The notes beneath the pieces are model-generated. The model saw only the letters and a program-made list of their open reading frames with translations, made no database searches and was not told the origin of the DNA. A stretch of DNA of 64,000 nucleotides from IMG/VR virus record IMGVR_UViG_3300045738_002143; one strand, written 5' to 3'. Numbering within the stretch: the first letter of the stretch is position 1; each line of letters opens with the position of its first letter. A program made the translations under genes and the position numbers. The stretch is from an uncultured virus (IMG/VR IMGVR_UViG_3300045738_002143). Taxonomy: Duplodnaviria; Heunggongvirae; Uroviricota; Caudoviricetes. Shown piece by piece: positions 55,736 through 64,000 of the stretch.

Positions 55736-56601
55736 AAGCTAAATCAAGAAAAGTATTGGTCATGATAATTGGTCATAATAATCCACATTTTTTGCAAGAC
55801 TCAGCAGAAGCGTTTATGTTTTACCATCGTGATGCCACTACTTCTTTTGAAGTGGTATTTGCAATAGATTGTAACAAGGAGTCTGAAGAGTATTTGGTTA
55901 GCCGGTATGGCCAAGATTATGTCTTCAATAGTCGTGATAAAAATGGTTGGGGCCGTGGTATTCTTCGGACAATTATTCATGCGATGGATTATTTTGAAGA
56001 TCGGTTTTATTTTAGCGACATGATGACTATGGATTCAGATGCGCTTTGCATCGGTCCTTGTATAGACATTATTTGTGACGGAATAGAAGAGAATGATTTG
56101 TATAGTGGTCTGAAGTGGCCGCTCGATCCTAACGATAGAGCCTGGCATTTTAGACTTCAACGCTATGCCCCCAGTATAAGAGGAAAACAAATATATCCTC
56201 TACTAAGTCATAAATCCGCCATAGAGGGTGACGGTAAAAGAATTTGTGCTGGGCCATGTATGTTTTGGACTAAAATGTGTTTGGACATACTTAAAGAATC
56301 GGGTTTCAGACCAGGGAAGTTGTTTGATAATTTATATCGTCATATTTATTTTCCACACGATCAAATATCTACATTCTTGTATTTAGTTAGTGCTGGGAAT
56401 CATAAGGAGCATAAAAGCCTATACCGCATGAAATGGAGCAGTTCCTTGGATAAAGAATTTGTCGAGGGGTTTGGGGATGTGCCAAGCGTGGATGAAAATG
56501 TTTGCATAATACATCCAACGGGTGTTACGGAAGAAGAAGAAGTTCATACTCGTAAATATTTCAAACATCTTCGAGACGAATGCCCATCAAGGATTGTATG
56601 A
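55723..56601 (+). CDS. GT-A-like hypothetical protein
   Basis: MDSDAL DxD motif; glycan cluster context. Confidence 0.55.
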   Translation: MLLLEAKSRKVLVMIIGHNNPHFLQDSAEAFMFYHRDATTSFEVVFAIDCNKESEEYLVSRYGQDYVFNSRDKNGWGRGILRTIIHAMDYFEDRFYFSDMMTMDSDALCIGPCIDIICDGIEENDLYSGLKWPLDPNDRAWHFRLQRYAPSIRGKQIYPLLSHKSAIEGDGKRICAGPCMFWTKMCLDILKESGFRPGKLFDNLYRHIYFPHDQISTFLYLVSAGNHKEHKSLYRMKWSSSLDKEFVEGFGDVPSVDENVCIIHPTGVTEEEEVHTRKYFKHLRDECPSRIV

Positions 56602-57326
56602 AATATATTATTACGGGAACAGGCAGGTGTGGTACTCTATATGTGGCCAGACTTTTAACAAGTCTGGGCTATCCCTGTACTCATGAAGGAATTTTTGCTG
56701 TTGAAGATGACCCATCTGAGGCTCTGTCGAGTGCTTTGAATCGCATACACCATAATAGCTTCGCTGTTAGTGAAATTTCTCAAGATAGGGAGGGAGACTG
56801 GTATAATTTTGAGAAATACCCTTGTCCTATAGCCGATGCTAGCTATATGGCTGCTCCATTTCTGTTACATAAAGAATTCGAAGAAATAAAGGTTGTACAT
56901 TTGGTTCGCCATCCTGTTAAAGTTATTTTCTCTTTTTTGAGGTTTGGGTATTTTGGTGAATTGAATTGCTCAAGGCACTTTAAATGGGAAAATCATATTC
57001 ATCATTATTTACCGGATGCTTACGAATCCAATGATCCCGTTGAAAATGCTTGTATGTTTTACTTAGGATGGAATGAAATGATAGAGAAACGGCAGAGTAA
57101 TTATTTTTTTCATCGTATTGAAGATGGAGATGGGCCACTTCTGGAGCATCTGGGTATTGTTCCTACAGAAGATATGTATTCAAATAAAAAGTGCAACACG
57201 AATAACGCTAAAGGAATTAGGAAAACCTGGGGCGACATACCAGACAGTGGCATTAAGTCTGCATTGTCGGAAATATCGCAGAGGTATGGATATGATGGAT
57301 GTGGCAAAGGCGTTACTTTTTTTTAA
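56598..57326 (+). CDS. Sulfotransferase-like protein
   Basis: TGTGRCGT..HE..HLVRHP..S. Confidence 0.75.
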   Translation: MKYIITGTGRCGTLYVARLLTSLGYPCTHEGIFAVEDDPSEALSSALNRIHHNSFAVSEISQDREGDWYNFEKYPCPIADASYMAAPFLLHKEFEEIKVVHLVRHPVKVIFSFLRFGYFGELNCSRHFKWENHIHHYLPDAYESNDPVENACMFYLGWNEMIEKRQSNYFFHRIEDGDGPLLEHLGIVPTEDMYSNKKCNTNNAKGIRKTWGDIPDSGIKSALSEISQRYGYDGCGKGVTFF

Positions 57327-57843
57327 TCTCGCTCGCCGCTTTTTTGTAATCGTCTATATCTAAGTATCCAATATAGGATTCGTCTCCGAACCCGCCTACA
57401 AAGTAGATGCTTTCAATTTTCAACACGTAGAAGTTGAAGTCCTTAAGGTCGATGAATTCTTTTGCTTTCTTGTGCTTTGCGAGGTAGAGTTTGCGTAGCT
57501 TTTTGATTCTTTTTTTATCGGTGACCTTCAATAATTTACCATCAAATGTGACTCTGGGTGAGTTAAACACATTGTCTTCAGATGGCTCAAACACCATTAT
57601 GCTTACATGTGGATTGATTTTGATGTTGTCAGTATGAATTGCCAGATCGCTGATGAAAACAAAGGGGATGCCGCTCTCTAGGGCGATCCCCATCACTGAC
57701 GAATAGGGCTTGTGGACTGTATTTTCTTTTTCAAGGCTTACTGTCGAAACCATTGCTACCTTGTGACGGCTAATCATTTCGAATGCTTTAAGTGCGTCTT
57801 CGTCAACGGCGGTAAATAATATTGCGGATAAAATAAGAAGCAT
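57313..57843 (-). CDS. Pyridoxamine 5'-phosphate oxidase/HugZ-like protein
   Basis: PYSS..ISDLAIHTDN..RVT..DF..FVGGFG. Confidence 0.8.
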   Translation of the reverse strand: MLLILSAILFTAVDEDALKAFEMISRHKVAMVSTVSLEKENTVHKPYSSVMGIALESGIPFVFISDLAIHTDNIKINPHVSIMVFEPSEDNVFNSPRVTFDGKLLKVTDKKRIKKLRKLYLAKHKKAKEFIDLKDFNFYVLKIESIYFVGGFGDESYIGYLDIDDYKKAASEIKKK

Positions 57844-57849
57844 ATTTTC

Positions 57850-58635
57850 CTAACTATCAAAACGTTCTTTTTGTAACCATCCTGTAATTTTAGCAGAAAT
57901 ATTAAGTATATCGATTCTGGCCAAACAGGACGTGATCTTGTGTATCCAACCGGGAATCACAAGGCGGCTTCCTTTCATTAGGCCAACATATCCTTGTCTG
58001 GCCACTTCTCCCACAGGTAAAGGTTTCATGATTTTAAACAGCCAAGATTTTTTAGTAGAGGTAATGTTCCAAAAGTCAGTTGCAGTAGGTCCGGGGCAAA
58101 GGGTGGTTATAGTTATTCCCGTTCCTTTTAGGTTCTCTCTTAATGCTTGAGAGAAGTAATATACATAAGATTTACTTGCGCCATAAGCAGCCATATATGG
58201 CATCGGCTGAAAAGCACTTGTGGAAGATACATTTAATATCTTTCCCGAACCTCGTTTAAGCATCTCTCTTAAAAACAGATGTGTTAATCCGGTTAGGGTT
58301 CTTACGTTCAGATCGATCATTTTTTCTGTTTTGACTCGATCTGTGTCTTGAAACTTACCACAGGTTCCAAATCCAGCATTATTTACCAAGTAATCAATTT
58401 GGTATGAATGACGAATTGTTTCTGCGAAAACGTCCCATGCTGCTGTAGATTTGGTTAAGTCTTTAACTATAGTTTTTACTTCAACGCCATATAGTTCTTC
58501 TAATATTCTTGCTGATTCTTCTAATTGTTTCTGATTAATGTCAACTAGAACTAAGTCGTGTCCATCGGCAGCAAAGCATTTAGATATATTCCAACCGATG
58601 CCTCTTGCGGCACCGGTGATTAAAGCTTTGCCCAT
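57850..58635 (-). CDS. Short-chain dehydrogenase/reductase
   Basis: TGAARGIG, NNAGFG, YGASK, PGPTAT. Confidence 0.92.
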   Translation of the reverse strand: MGKALITGAARGIGWNISKCFAADGHDLVLVDINQKQLEESARILEELYGVEVKTIVKDLTKSTAAWDVFAETIRHSYQIDYLVNNAGFGTCGKFQDTDRVKTEKMIDLNVRTLTGLTHLFLREMLKRGSGKILNVSSTSAFQPMPYMAAYGASKSYVYYFSQALRENLKGTGITITTLCPGPTATDFWNITSTKKSWLFKIMKPLPVGEVARQGYVGLMKGSRLVIPGWIHKITSCLARIDILNISAKITGWLQKERFDS

Positions 58636-58672
58636 GCACTTATTTTTTTTACAGCACACTGTGTTTTATCTT

Positions 58673-58951
58673 CTAGGATCGGTTGGTGATCGTCCGATCT
58701 ATTTTTTGTTTGTCCAAAGGTGTATAGTAAGATTCCCATCCCAAATATTGGAGTCGCTCCAGAGTTTGCCGTTGTTTTTTGTGATCTCGCCACGGATAAT
58801 CTAAAAAAGTTTTACCAGTTGGTTTTTTAGTTTTCCAATCTATGTGTTCTTTTTTACTTGGGTCATAACTTATGAATAGGCGTCTAAACACAGTTTTTCC
58901 ACCATCGGGAGATTCGTAAATCCATTTTTCTTCTTTATCATCTATTCCCAT
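58673..58951 (-). CDS. Hypothetical phage protein
   Basis: WIYESPDGGKTVFRR motif. Confidence 0.6.
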   Translation of the reverse strand: MGIDDKEEKWIYESPDGGKTVFRRLFISYDPSKKEHIDWKTKKPTGKTFLDYPWRDHKKQRQTLERLQYLGWESYYTPLDKQKIDRTITNRS

Positions 58952-58953
58952 AA

Positions 58954-60009
58954 TTAAATTCCTAATTCGTAGTCTATAAATGATTGACTCATTTGGAATG
59001 ATGGAAAATTTTTCTGCGATGGGAATCGTGCTTCTGGTAGCCAGCTTTGTAGAATTCTTTTACTTATTATTGAATTTTCCTCAAAGAATTTTTCTACTGA
59101 GGTTTTGGATACATCTTGCTTCTTTATTGCCAAACCGGCTTCTTTAAACCATTTTTGATACGTTCTGATGGGGTAGACTACGTTGTGTAAATTGGCCGAC
59201 ATGTCAGTTAGTGGGTGTCCCATTTCTTCCATTTCTTTTTCGCTGAAGACCAGATGTAAGAATGCTTTGTTTATTTTTTGGTAAAGATGAGATGCGTGGC
59301 GACTGCTCCAAGGATGACATCGAACGTAAATTGTGGAATCTGGTTTCGATACTTCTCGTATTTTTGACAAAACCGATGATATAGTTTCTCCTTCGATGTG
59401 GTCTAACACGTCATACATTAAAATTATATCGTATGGACCGTGTGATCTTACTTTATCAAAATCAGTTGTTAGAAGGGATTCTTCATTTTCCCATTCTAGT
59501 TTTGATTCTGCCGCTTTTTTTATGTCGTATCCTATTGATACAGTTGGTTTGTTGTTATCTCTCACTCTAGTTGAAATGTGTCCCTCTCCACAACCAAAAT
59601 CTAGAAATTTCAACCCCTCTAGACTTTTGGCGATTACAAGTTCTGTTATGCCTTCTGCTCTGTCTAATTTATCTTCTTCCGAAGTAATATCGCAAATTAA
59701 GCTTGGGTTTACAGCAGTTGGCCACGAATCGCTATTTAGCAACTTTTGTAGTTCTTCGAACTCGGCTTTTTGCTCTGCAACTGGCTCTGCAACTGGCTCT
59801 GCAACTGGCTCTGCAACTGGCTCTGCAACTGGCTCTGCAACTGGCTCTGCAACTGGCTCTGCAACTGGCTCTGCCCGGACCCAGGCCCCATTTCTGAATT
59901 TTATGAGGAATGCTTTTATTTCTTGTAGCGTTGGTCGGAGATTTTTATTTTGTATTGTTTCTAGTGCATTTAACCAAGCGTCAAAGTTATCTGTCATGAT
60001 TTCCCTCAT
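58954..60009 (-). CDS. Class I SAM-dependent methyltransferase (paralog of 40033-41016)
   Basis: FLDFGCGEG, YDVLDH, RCHPW, FQMSQSFIDY. Confidence 0.85.
   Translation of the reverse strand: MREIMTDNFDAWLNALETIQNKNLRPTLQEIKAFLIKFRNGAWVRAEPVAEPVAEPVAEPVAEPVAEPVAEPVAEPVAEQKAEFEELQKLLNSDSWPTAVNPSLICDITSEEDKLDRAEGITELVIAKSLEGLKFLDFGCGEGHISTRVRDNNKPTVSIGYDIKKAAESKLEWENEESLLTTDFDKVRSHGPYDIILMYDVLDHIEGETISSVLSKIREVSKPDSTIYVRCHPWSSRHASHLYQKINKAFLHLVFSEKEMEEMGHPLTDMSANLHNVVYPIRTYQKWFKEAGLAIKKQDVSKTSVEKFFEENSIISKRILQSWLPEARFPSQKNFPSFQMSQSFIDYELGI
59773..59874. repeat. Perfect 12-bp tandem repeat, 8.5 copies, encoding (AEPV)n
   Basis: CTCTGCAACTGG x8 plus partial. Confidence 0.97.
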
Positions 60010-60046
60010 CTAAAAAAGCATATGTACTATAATAGTTAGACCCATT

Positions 60047-60850
60047 ATGAAAATAGCAGTAATTTTAAACGCACACGGGGACACCCCGCTTGTGCTTGAC
60101 ACTATCGACGCCATCAAAACCTGGGTGACAGATGATATTCTTGTTGTAATTGATGGCGCAGCACGCAAATGGTCTGAGAATGTAGATTTGCCAGTTGTTA
60201 AGCTCAATGGATTTCGGCACAATTGTCCCAAAAGCCCCTATAGGAACGTCACTTTGGGGATGATGGAGACCGTTAAGAAATGGCCGGATGCTGATTGGTA
60301 TTGCTATATGGAATATGATGTGTTGTTTACATCCAGCGAATTTAAGAGAGACTTAGAATTTGGCAATAAGGACTTGTGGTGTATTGGCAATGATTCTCGT
60401 CACGGGAGTTACAAGTTTCCTCTTTTAGAAACCATAACAAAGATGAAATTTAATTGTAGTAAATATCTTCTTGGATGTTGCGTTTTTCATCGAGGCAAGT
60501 TTCTTCGCAAGTTGCAGGATATGAATTTTTTTGAAAGGTTTCTCTACTACACTAACGATTTCGATAAAGGTTTCTTTCCTGGATACGATGGTTATGATTT
60601 TGCTGAACATCTTTATCCCACGTTGGCGCATCACTTAGGAGGCAAGGTTGGTCATTTTGCTTCATGGGGAGGTACGGAAACTGAAGGATGGTCCGGGAAT
60701 TATCTTCGCTATCCTATGCGATGGAAGCCAGAATTGAGTCTAAAAGAGAACTTTAAGGATGCAACTATTATGCATCCATTGAAGTCCGTAGATCATCCCA
60801 TTCGAGAGCACCATAGAATAAATAGAATTGAGTATAAGAGAGTATCCTGA
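60047..60850 (+). CDS. GT-A-like hypothetical protein
   Basis: ADWYCYMEYDV..HP.K. Confidence 0.55.
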   Translation: MKIAVILNAHGDTPLVLDTIDAIKTWVTDDILVVIDGAARKWSENVDLPVVKLNGFRHNCPKSPYRNVTLGMMETVKKWPDADWYCYMEYDVLFTSSEFKRDLEFGNKDLWCIGNDSRHGSYKFPLLETITKMKFNCSKYLLGCCVFHRGKFLRKLQDMNFFERFLYYTNDFDKGFFPGYDGYDFAEHLYPTLAHHLGGKVGHFASWGGTETEGWSGNYLRYPMRWKPELSLKENFKDATIMHPLKSVDHPIREHHRINRIEYKRVS

Positions 60851-61452
60851 TGATAGACGAAGATTTCTACAACCCGGCAGTATTGGGCTTTGTGATGAAC
60901 GTGATCCCTTTCAATGAGGCGTCTGTCAAAAAGCAACTTGTAAGTGTTGTACAAAGTTTAGAGTCAGATGATCGGTGCTATATGTGTCACCAGGATTATG
61001 ATGATATACCTCCTTTGCCAGGATTGGCGGTAAAGCATATTGCTGGGTGGAAGCCCACATATGATTTCAGATTTGGTGAGGCAATCAGGAAGGCCGTTTG
61101 TGTTCTTGGTACTGAGGATGATGAGTGTGAAAAGTATTTGTTCATAGTTTTGGACAAATATAAGCCGGAATGGGAACCCGAAGTGCGAAAGGCCCTGAAT
61201 GTTGATTTGAAGTTTGGATACAATGTTCAATTTTACTTTTGTGCAATTGGTGATAAGTGTGATTTATCTCTAGAAAAAGTCGTAGACTTTCATCCGCAGG
61301 TCACTTTAAATAAGCTTGATGGCCCAGATCAAATTGGAAAATTCATTTTGCATCAATACAAGCCCATCCCTAACCATGTCTCGTTAGATATCGATATTCT
61401 AAAAGTGGAGTTTAAGGAAAGATATGGCAGAAAAAAAAATAAAAAAAGCTAG
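60850..61452 (+). CDS. Hypothetical protein
   Basis: 200-aa coupled ORF. Confidence 0.55.
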   Translation: MIDEDFYNPAVLGFVMNVIPFNEASVKKQLVSVVQSLESDDRCYMCHQDYDDIPPLPGLAVKHIAGWKPTYDFRFGEAIRKAVCVLGTEDDECEKYLFIVLDKYKPEWEPEVRKALNVDLKFGYNVQFYFCAIGDKCDLSLEKVVDFHPQVTLNKLDGPDQIGKFILHQYKPIPNHVSLDIDILKVEFKERYGRKKNKKS

Positions 61453-62197
61453 ACCTATAGAACAGTCACCATTTTCTAGATCGCCAGTTACAATCATTAT
61501 CCCATTTCATGGCCAATATGATAAAGTAGGACGATTGTTAAAAAGCATATGGACCGGGACTCGAAGTAATCCATATGAAATATGTTTGGTAGATGACTCA
61601 TCTCCAAATAGTGACTTCATCGAGAAAATGATCGATCAACCTCAAGTCGTGCCATTTAGGACGCCGCAACGACTTGGGTTTGGTGGTGCCTTGAAGTTTG
61701 GATTTGAGAGAACCACTCAGCCGTGGGTTTGTTTTCTAAATTCTGATTGCACAATAGAAGATTCTGGTTGGCTTATCGAAATGGGTAGGTCTTTAATGAG
61801 ACTTAGAGGCCAAGGTGTGCAAATGGTATCAGCCCGTAGTAACAATCCAGGCTCTTTTGTAAACAGCATGCTTAAAGCTGAAAAATCAGATAAAAGAATG
61901 ATTGAAGATTTTATATTGGAAGACGGACATTTGCCATTGTATTGTGCCTTGTGTCACAGAGATTTATTCGAACACATTGGTGGATTTATAAAAGAATATC
62001 CATATGGTTGGTACGAGGATGAAGAACTCGCTTATCGCATGAGTCATTATGGGTTTAGTCAAGCGATTTGTTCGAAAAGTTGGGTTAGACATGAAGGTGC
62101 CGCAACTATAAAAGCTCTTTTTAAAGAAAATCCAGAAGCCAAGGAAATTATGGCATCTAATCGAGATCGGTGTATTGCAGATATTTCTTTGTTATGA
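61424..62197 (+). CDS. GT2 family glycosyltransferase
   Basis: IIIP, VDDSS, FLNSD, YEDEE. Confidence 0.85.
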   Translation: MAEKKIKKARPIEQSPFSRSPVTIIIPFHGQYDKVGRLLKSIWTGTRSNPYEICLVDDSSPNSDFIEKMIDQPQVVPFRTPQRLGFGGALKFGFERTTQPWVCFLNSDCTIEDSGWLIEMGRSLMRLRGQGVQMVSARSNNPGSFVNSMLKAEKSDKRMIEDFILEDGHLPLYCALCHRDLFEHIGGFIKEYPYGWYEDEELAYRMSHYGFSQAICSKSWVRHEGAATIKALFKENPEAKEIMASNRDRCIADISLL

Positions 62198-62276
62198 AGA
62201 GTATATAATATCAGTAGCAATGATGTACCTAGTATGGCATCACACCCATACATTAGGAATTTTAAGGAGGAAAAAT

Positions 62277-62435
62277 ATGCCTACTACAATGAAATGTAAG
62301 AAGGATGATGGAACTTTCAAGTATGTTACGTGGAGATTCTTCTATCCTAAATGTCCAAAGATAAACCAACTTTGTAACCCGCAAGCTGGAGCATACGTAG
62401 CCGCAGTTACGGTTTGTAATCAACGCCTATTCTAG
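62277..62435 (+). CDS. Small Cys-containing protein
   Basis: AAGGAGG RBS, followed by terminator. Confidence 0.6.
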   Translation: MPTTMKCKKDDGTFKYVTWRFFYPKCPKINQLCNPQAGAYVAAVTVCNQRLF

Positions 62436-62454
62436 AGTTGATTACGGGTATAAT

Positions 62455-62489
62455 AAAAAGCTCGCCTCGTATAAGAGGCGGGTTTTTTT
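62455..62489 (+). terminator. Intrinsic terminator
   Basis: AAAAAGCTCGCCTC/GAGGCGGGTTTTTTT. Confidence 0.85.
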
Positions 62490-62537
62490 GTGAGGCGGGA
62501 TATATGTTTGTTCATTTTTTTAGAAAGGTACTTTACT

Positions 62538-62708
62538 ATGTTTAATCGAGATAACTTAGAATTAGGCGTAATCGCTGGCGTAGGTGCTGGATTGGCAGGA
62601 CTCTTGGGAAACGTAATTGACGTTGAACTTGGTCTGTTGTTGTTTCCAGTAGTAGCTGGTGGCATGGCAATTGTCGTGAAGATTTTAAAAGACAAGCTTA
62701 TGAACTAG
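62538..62708 (+). CDS. Small two-TM membrane protein
   Basis: GAAAGG RBS, Gly-rich hydrophobic segments. Confidence 0.55.
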   Translation: MFNRDNLELGVIAGVGAGLAGLLGNVIDVELGLLLFPVVAGGMAIVVKILKDKLMN

Positions 62709-62736
62709 TCATAGGTTGACTAGAAGGCACATCCGC

Positions 62737-63060
62737 TCAGGCGGATGTGTCTTTTTTTTTGAACTTTTTAAGCCAACGACATACAAAAGGATATATCGCT
62801 AGGGAAAGTCCAATTCGTAAAGGTTTAATGAGTTCTACAACCGCATAGGCGATGCCAATTTCACCGGCTGGAGATTCTTGGAAAAAAGATGCTATGCTAT
62901 CCCATCCAAAATATTCGAATAAAGAAACTACATCGAATCCAAAAGCTATAGTCAAATATATTAGACCTAGCCATATGCCCTTTAAAACTAGATTGAATAT
63001 CAAAAATCCTATGCCGTACTTGCCTATCAGTACGGCTTTTTTTTTCACATTAGAAGACAT
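62737..63060 (-). CDS. Membrane protein, DUF1279-like
   Basis: KYG..AYAV..KPLRI pattern. Confidence 0.55.
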   Translation of the reverse strand: MSSNVKKKAVLIGKYGIGFLIFNLVLKGIWLGLIYLTIAFGFDVVSLFEYFGWDSIASFFQESPAGEIGIAYAVVELIKPLRIGLSLAIYPFVCRWLKKFKKKDTSA

Positions 63061-63090
63061 GTGCTTTCAACAATTAAACCAAAACGATAA

Positions 63091-63121
63091 AAAATGGCCC
63101 ACTGTCATGGGACAGCGAGCC
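63091..63121 (-). terminator. Intrinsic terminator
   Basis: GGCTCGCTGTC/GACAGTGGGCC then ATTTTT on minus strand. Confidence 0.7.
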
Positions 63122-63183
63122 AGAGTCAGATTTGAGTCTTAGTGGAACTTTGGAATTCACCCCCTCTCGTTCCACCGATAGTC

Positions 63184-63552
63184 TCATCCTCCGACGTGGG
63201 TCACTACGCCCTTGAGTGTGATAGTTTGGTTGGGCTGCCAGTCTGTTAATTTGTTGCTAAGAAACGGCTTCCCACCAGCTTCTCGATTGACGGCAATTGT
63301 AATATGTTTGATCTCGTTTTTACTGGGGATTGGAGACTCTACGCCGACTGCCATCACTTTGTCATCTTGGGCTTGAGAGATAATAGTTAATGGGGCTTCC
63401 TGCCCCACCAATTCATTGGCTGGCCCTTGTTCTGGAGAACCCATGTTAATTGTCATATGGTGGGCCAGGGTTTCCCAACCTTCTGGTACATCAATTGAAT
63501 TTACGAGTCTATCGTGAGACTCTGGGGTTAAGACGAGTGCTGTATAACTCAT
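63184..63552 (-). CDS. 2H-type phosphoesterase (tRNA-ligase cyclic phosphodiesterase-like)
   Basis: Two HxT motifs (HMTI, HITI), KPFLSN. Confidence 0.7.
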   Translation of the reverse strand: MSYTALVLTPESHDRLVNSIDVPEGWETLAHHMTINMGSPEQGPANELVGQEAPLTIISQAQDDKVMAVGVESPIPSKNEIKHITIAVNREAGGKPFLSNKLTDWQPNQTITLKGVVTHVGG

Positions 63553-63983
63553 GATTTTTTCCTTACATAGCGTGTTTTTATTTTGGGGTTTTTAGATTGG
63601 GTACGAGGTTCGGGAAATTCTTTTTGTCTCGGCTCCATCTCACGACCAAGTAGTCGCATTCTTTCCTGCCAGTATGTAGTAGAGTCTTTCGTTACAGTTC
63701 CATCTTCGTTGGCCCATTGATTTCCGCCTTCTCCAAATTTTTTCTGGTTGTATTGTAGCCAATATTCGAAGACTCTGTTAGCATCTTTTTCATCTCTGTT
63801 GAGAATTTTATCCTTACTGACCTCCCAGTCTCCCTCTACGCTTTCCCGCCTTATGGGAATTAGTTGTGCAATCGGTGGCCAAGAATCTTTTCTGATTTTG
63901 ATCCATTCGTTTTTGACATCGATGCAGAGATTGATCCACAGATCGTATTGCATCCAGTCTGATTCGATTATCCCTTCCATCAC
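63549..63983 (-). CDS. Hypothetical protein
   Basis: 144-aa ORF coupled to downstream gene. Confidence 0.55.
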   Translation of the reverse strand: MMEGIIESDWMQYDLWINLCIDVKNEWIKIRKDSWPPIAQLIPIRRESVEGDWEVSKDKILNRDEKDANRVFEYWLQYNQKKFGEGGNQWANEDGTVTKDSTTYWQERMRLLGREMEPRQKEFPEPRTQSKNPKIKTRYVRKKS

Positions 63984-64000
63984 ATGATAATTTTGTGGCG

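Noticed and set aside
59333..60013. Plus-strand 226-aa ORF with SATG repeats
   Set aside because: Antisense shadow of the methyltransferase and its tandem repeat.
1..64000. Stop-codon reassignment
   Set aside because: Conserved genes are full-length in code 11 and end in TAA, TAG or TGA; no suppressor tRNA seen.

Overview
Gene-dense, low-GC segment that reads as part of a large (jumbo/huge) phage genome. Evidence: no ribosomal or core-metabolism operons, many small orphan ORFs, scattered CCA-less tRNAs, two sigma-70-family factors and isolated host-type genes (infA, rimI-like, trxA, ligA, sufB, pth2, csrA, csp, class I aldolase). A planctomycete-like host is a guess only. Standard code 11 fits. 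The left half (1-35 kb) is rich in RNA-centred elements: Ro60/TROVE with two Y-RNA-like stems flanking an anticodon-less tRNA mimic; a minimal SRP RNA next to tRNA-Thr; a tRNA(CAU) split by a group I intron carrying an antisense HNH ORF; and several unassigned structured RNAs. The top candidate for a new system is a GC-richer module made of tandem promoters, a ~260-nt structured RNA, an orphan coiled-coil ORF and a nuclease-dead, C-terminally truncated Cas12f/TnpB-like protein, with no transposase or CRISPR array. Regions 21-26 kb and 35-62 kb form a large glycan-modification island (NeuA/NeuB, three GT29 sialyltransferase-like genes, GT2/8/9/34/47-like, Glf, sulfo- and methyltransferases). 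It has unusual head-to-head gene packing and a methyltransferase containing a circularly permuted FGE-type domain. All assignments are by-eye motif recognition; no searches or folding programs were run.
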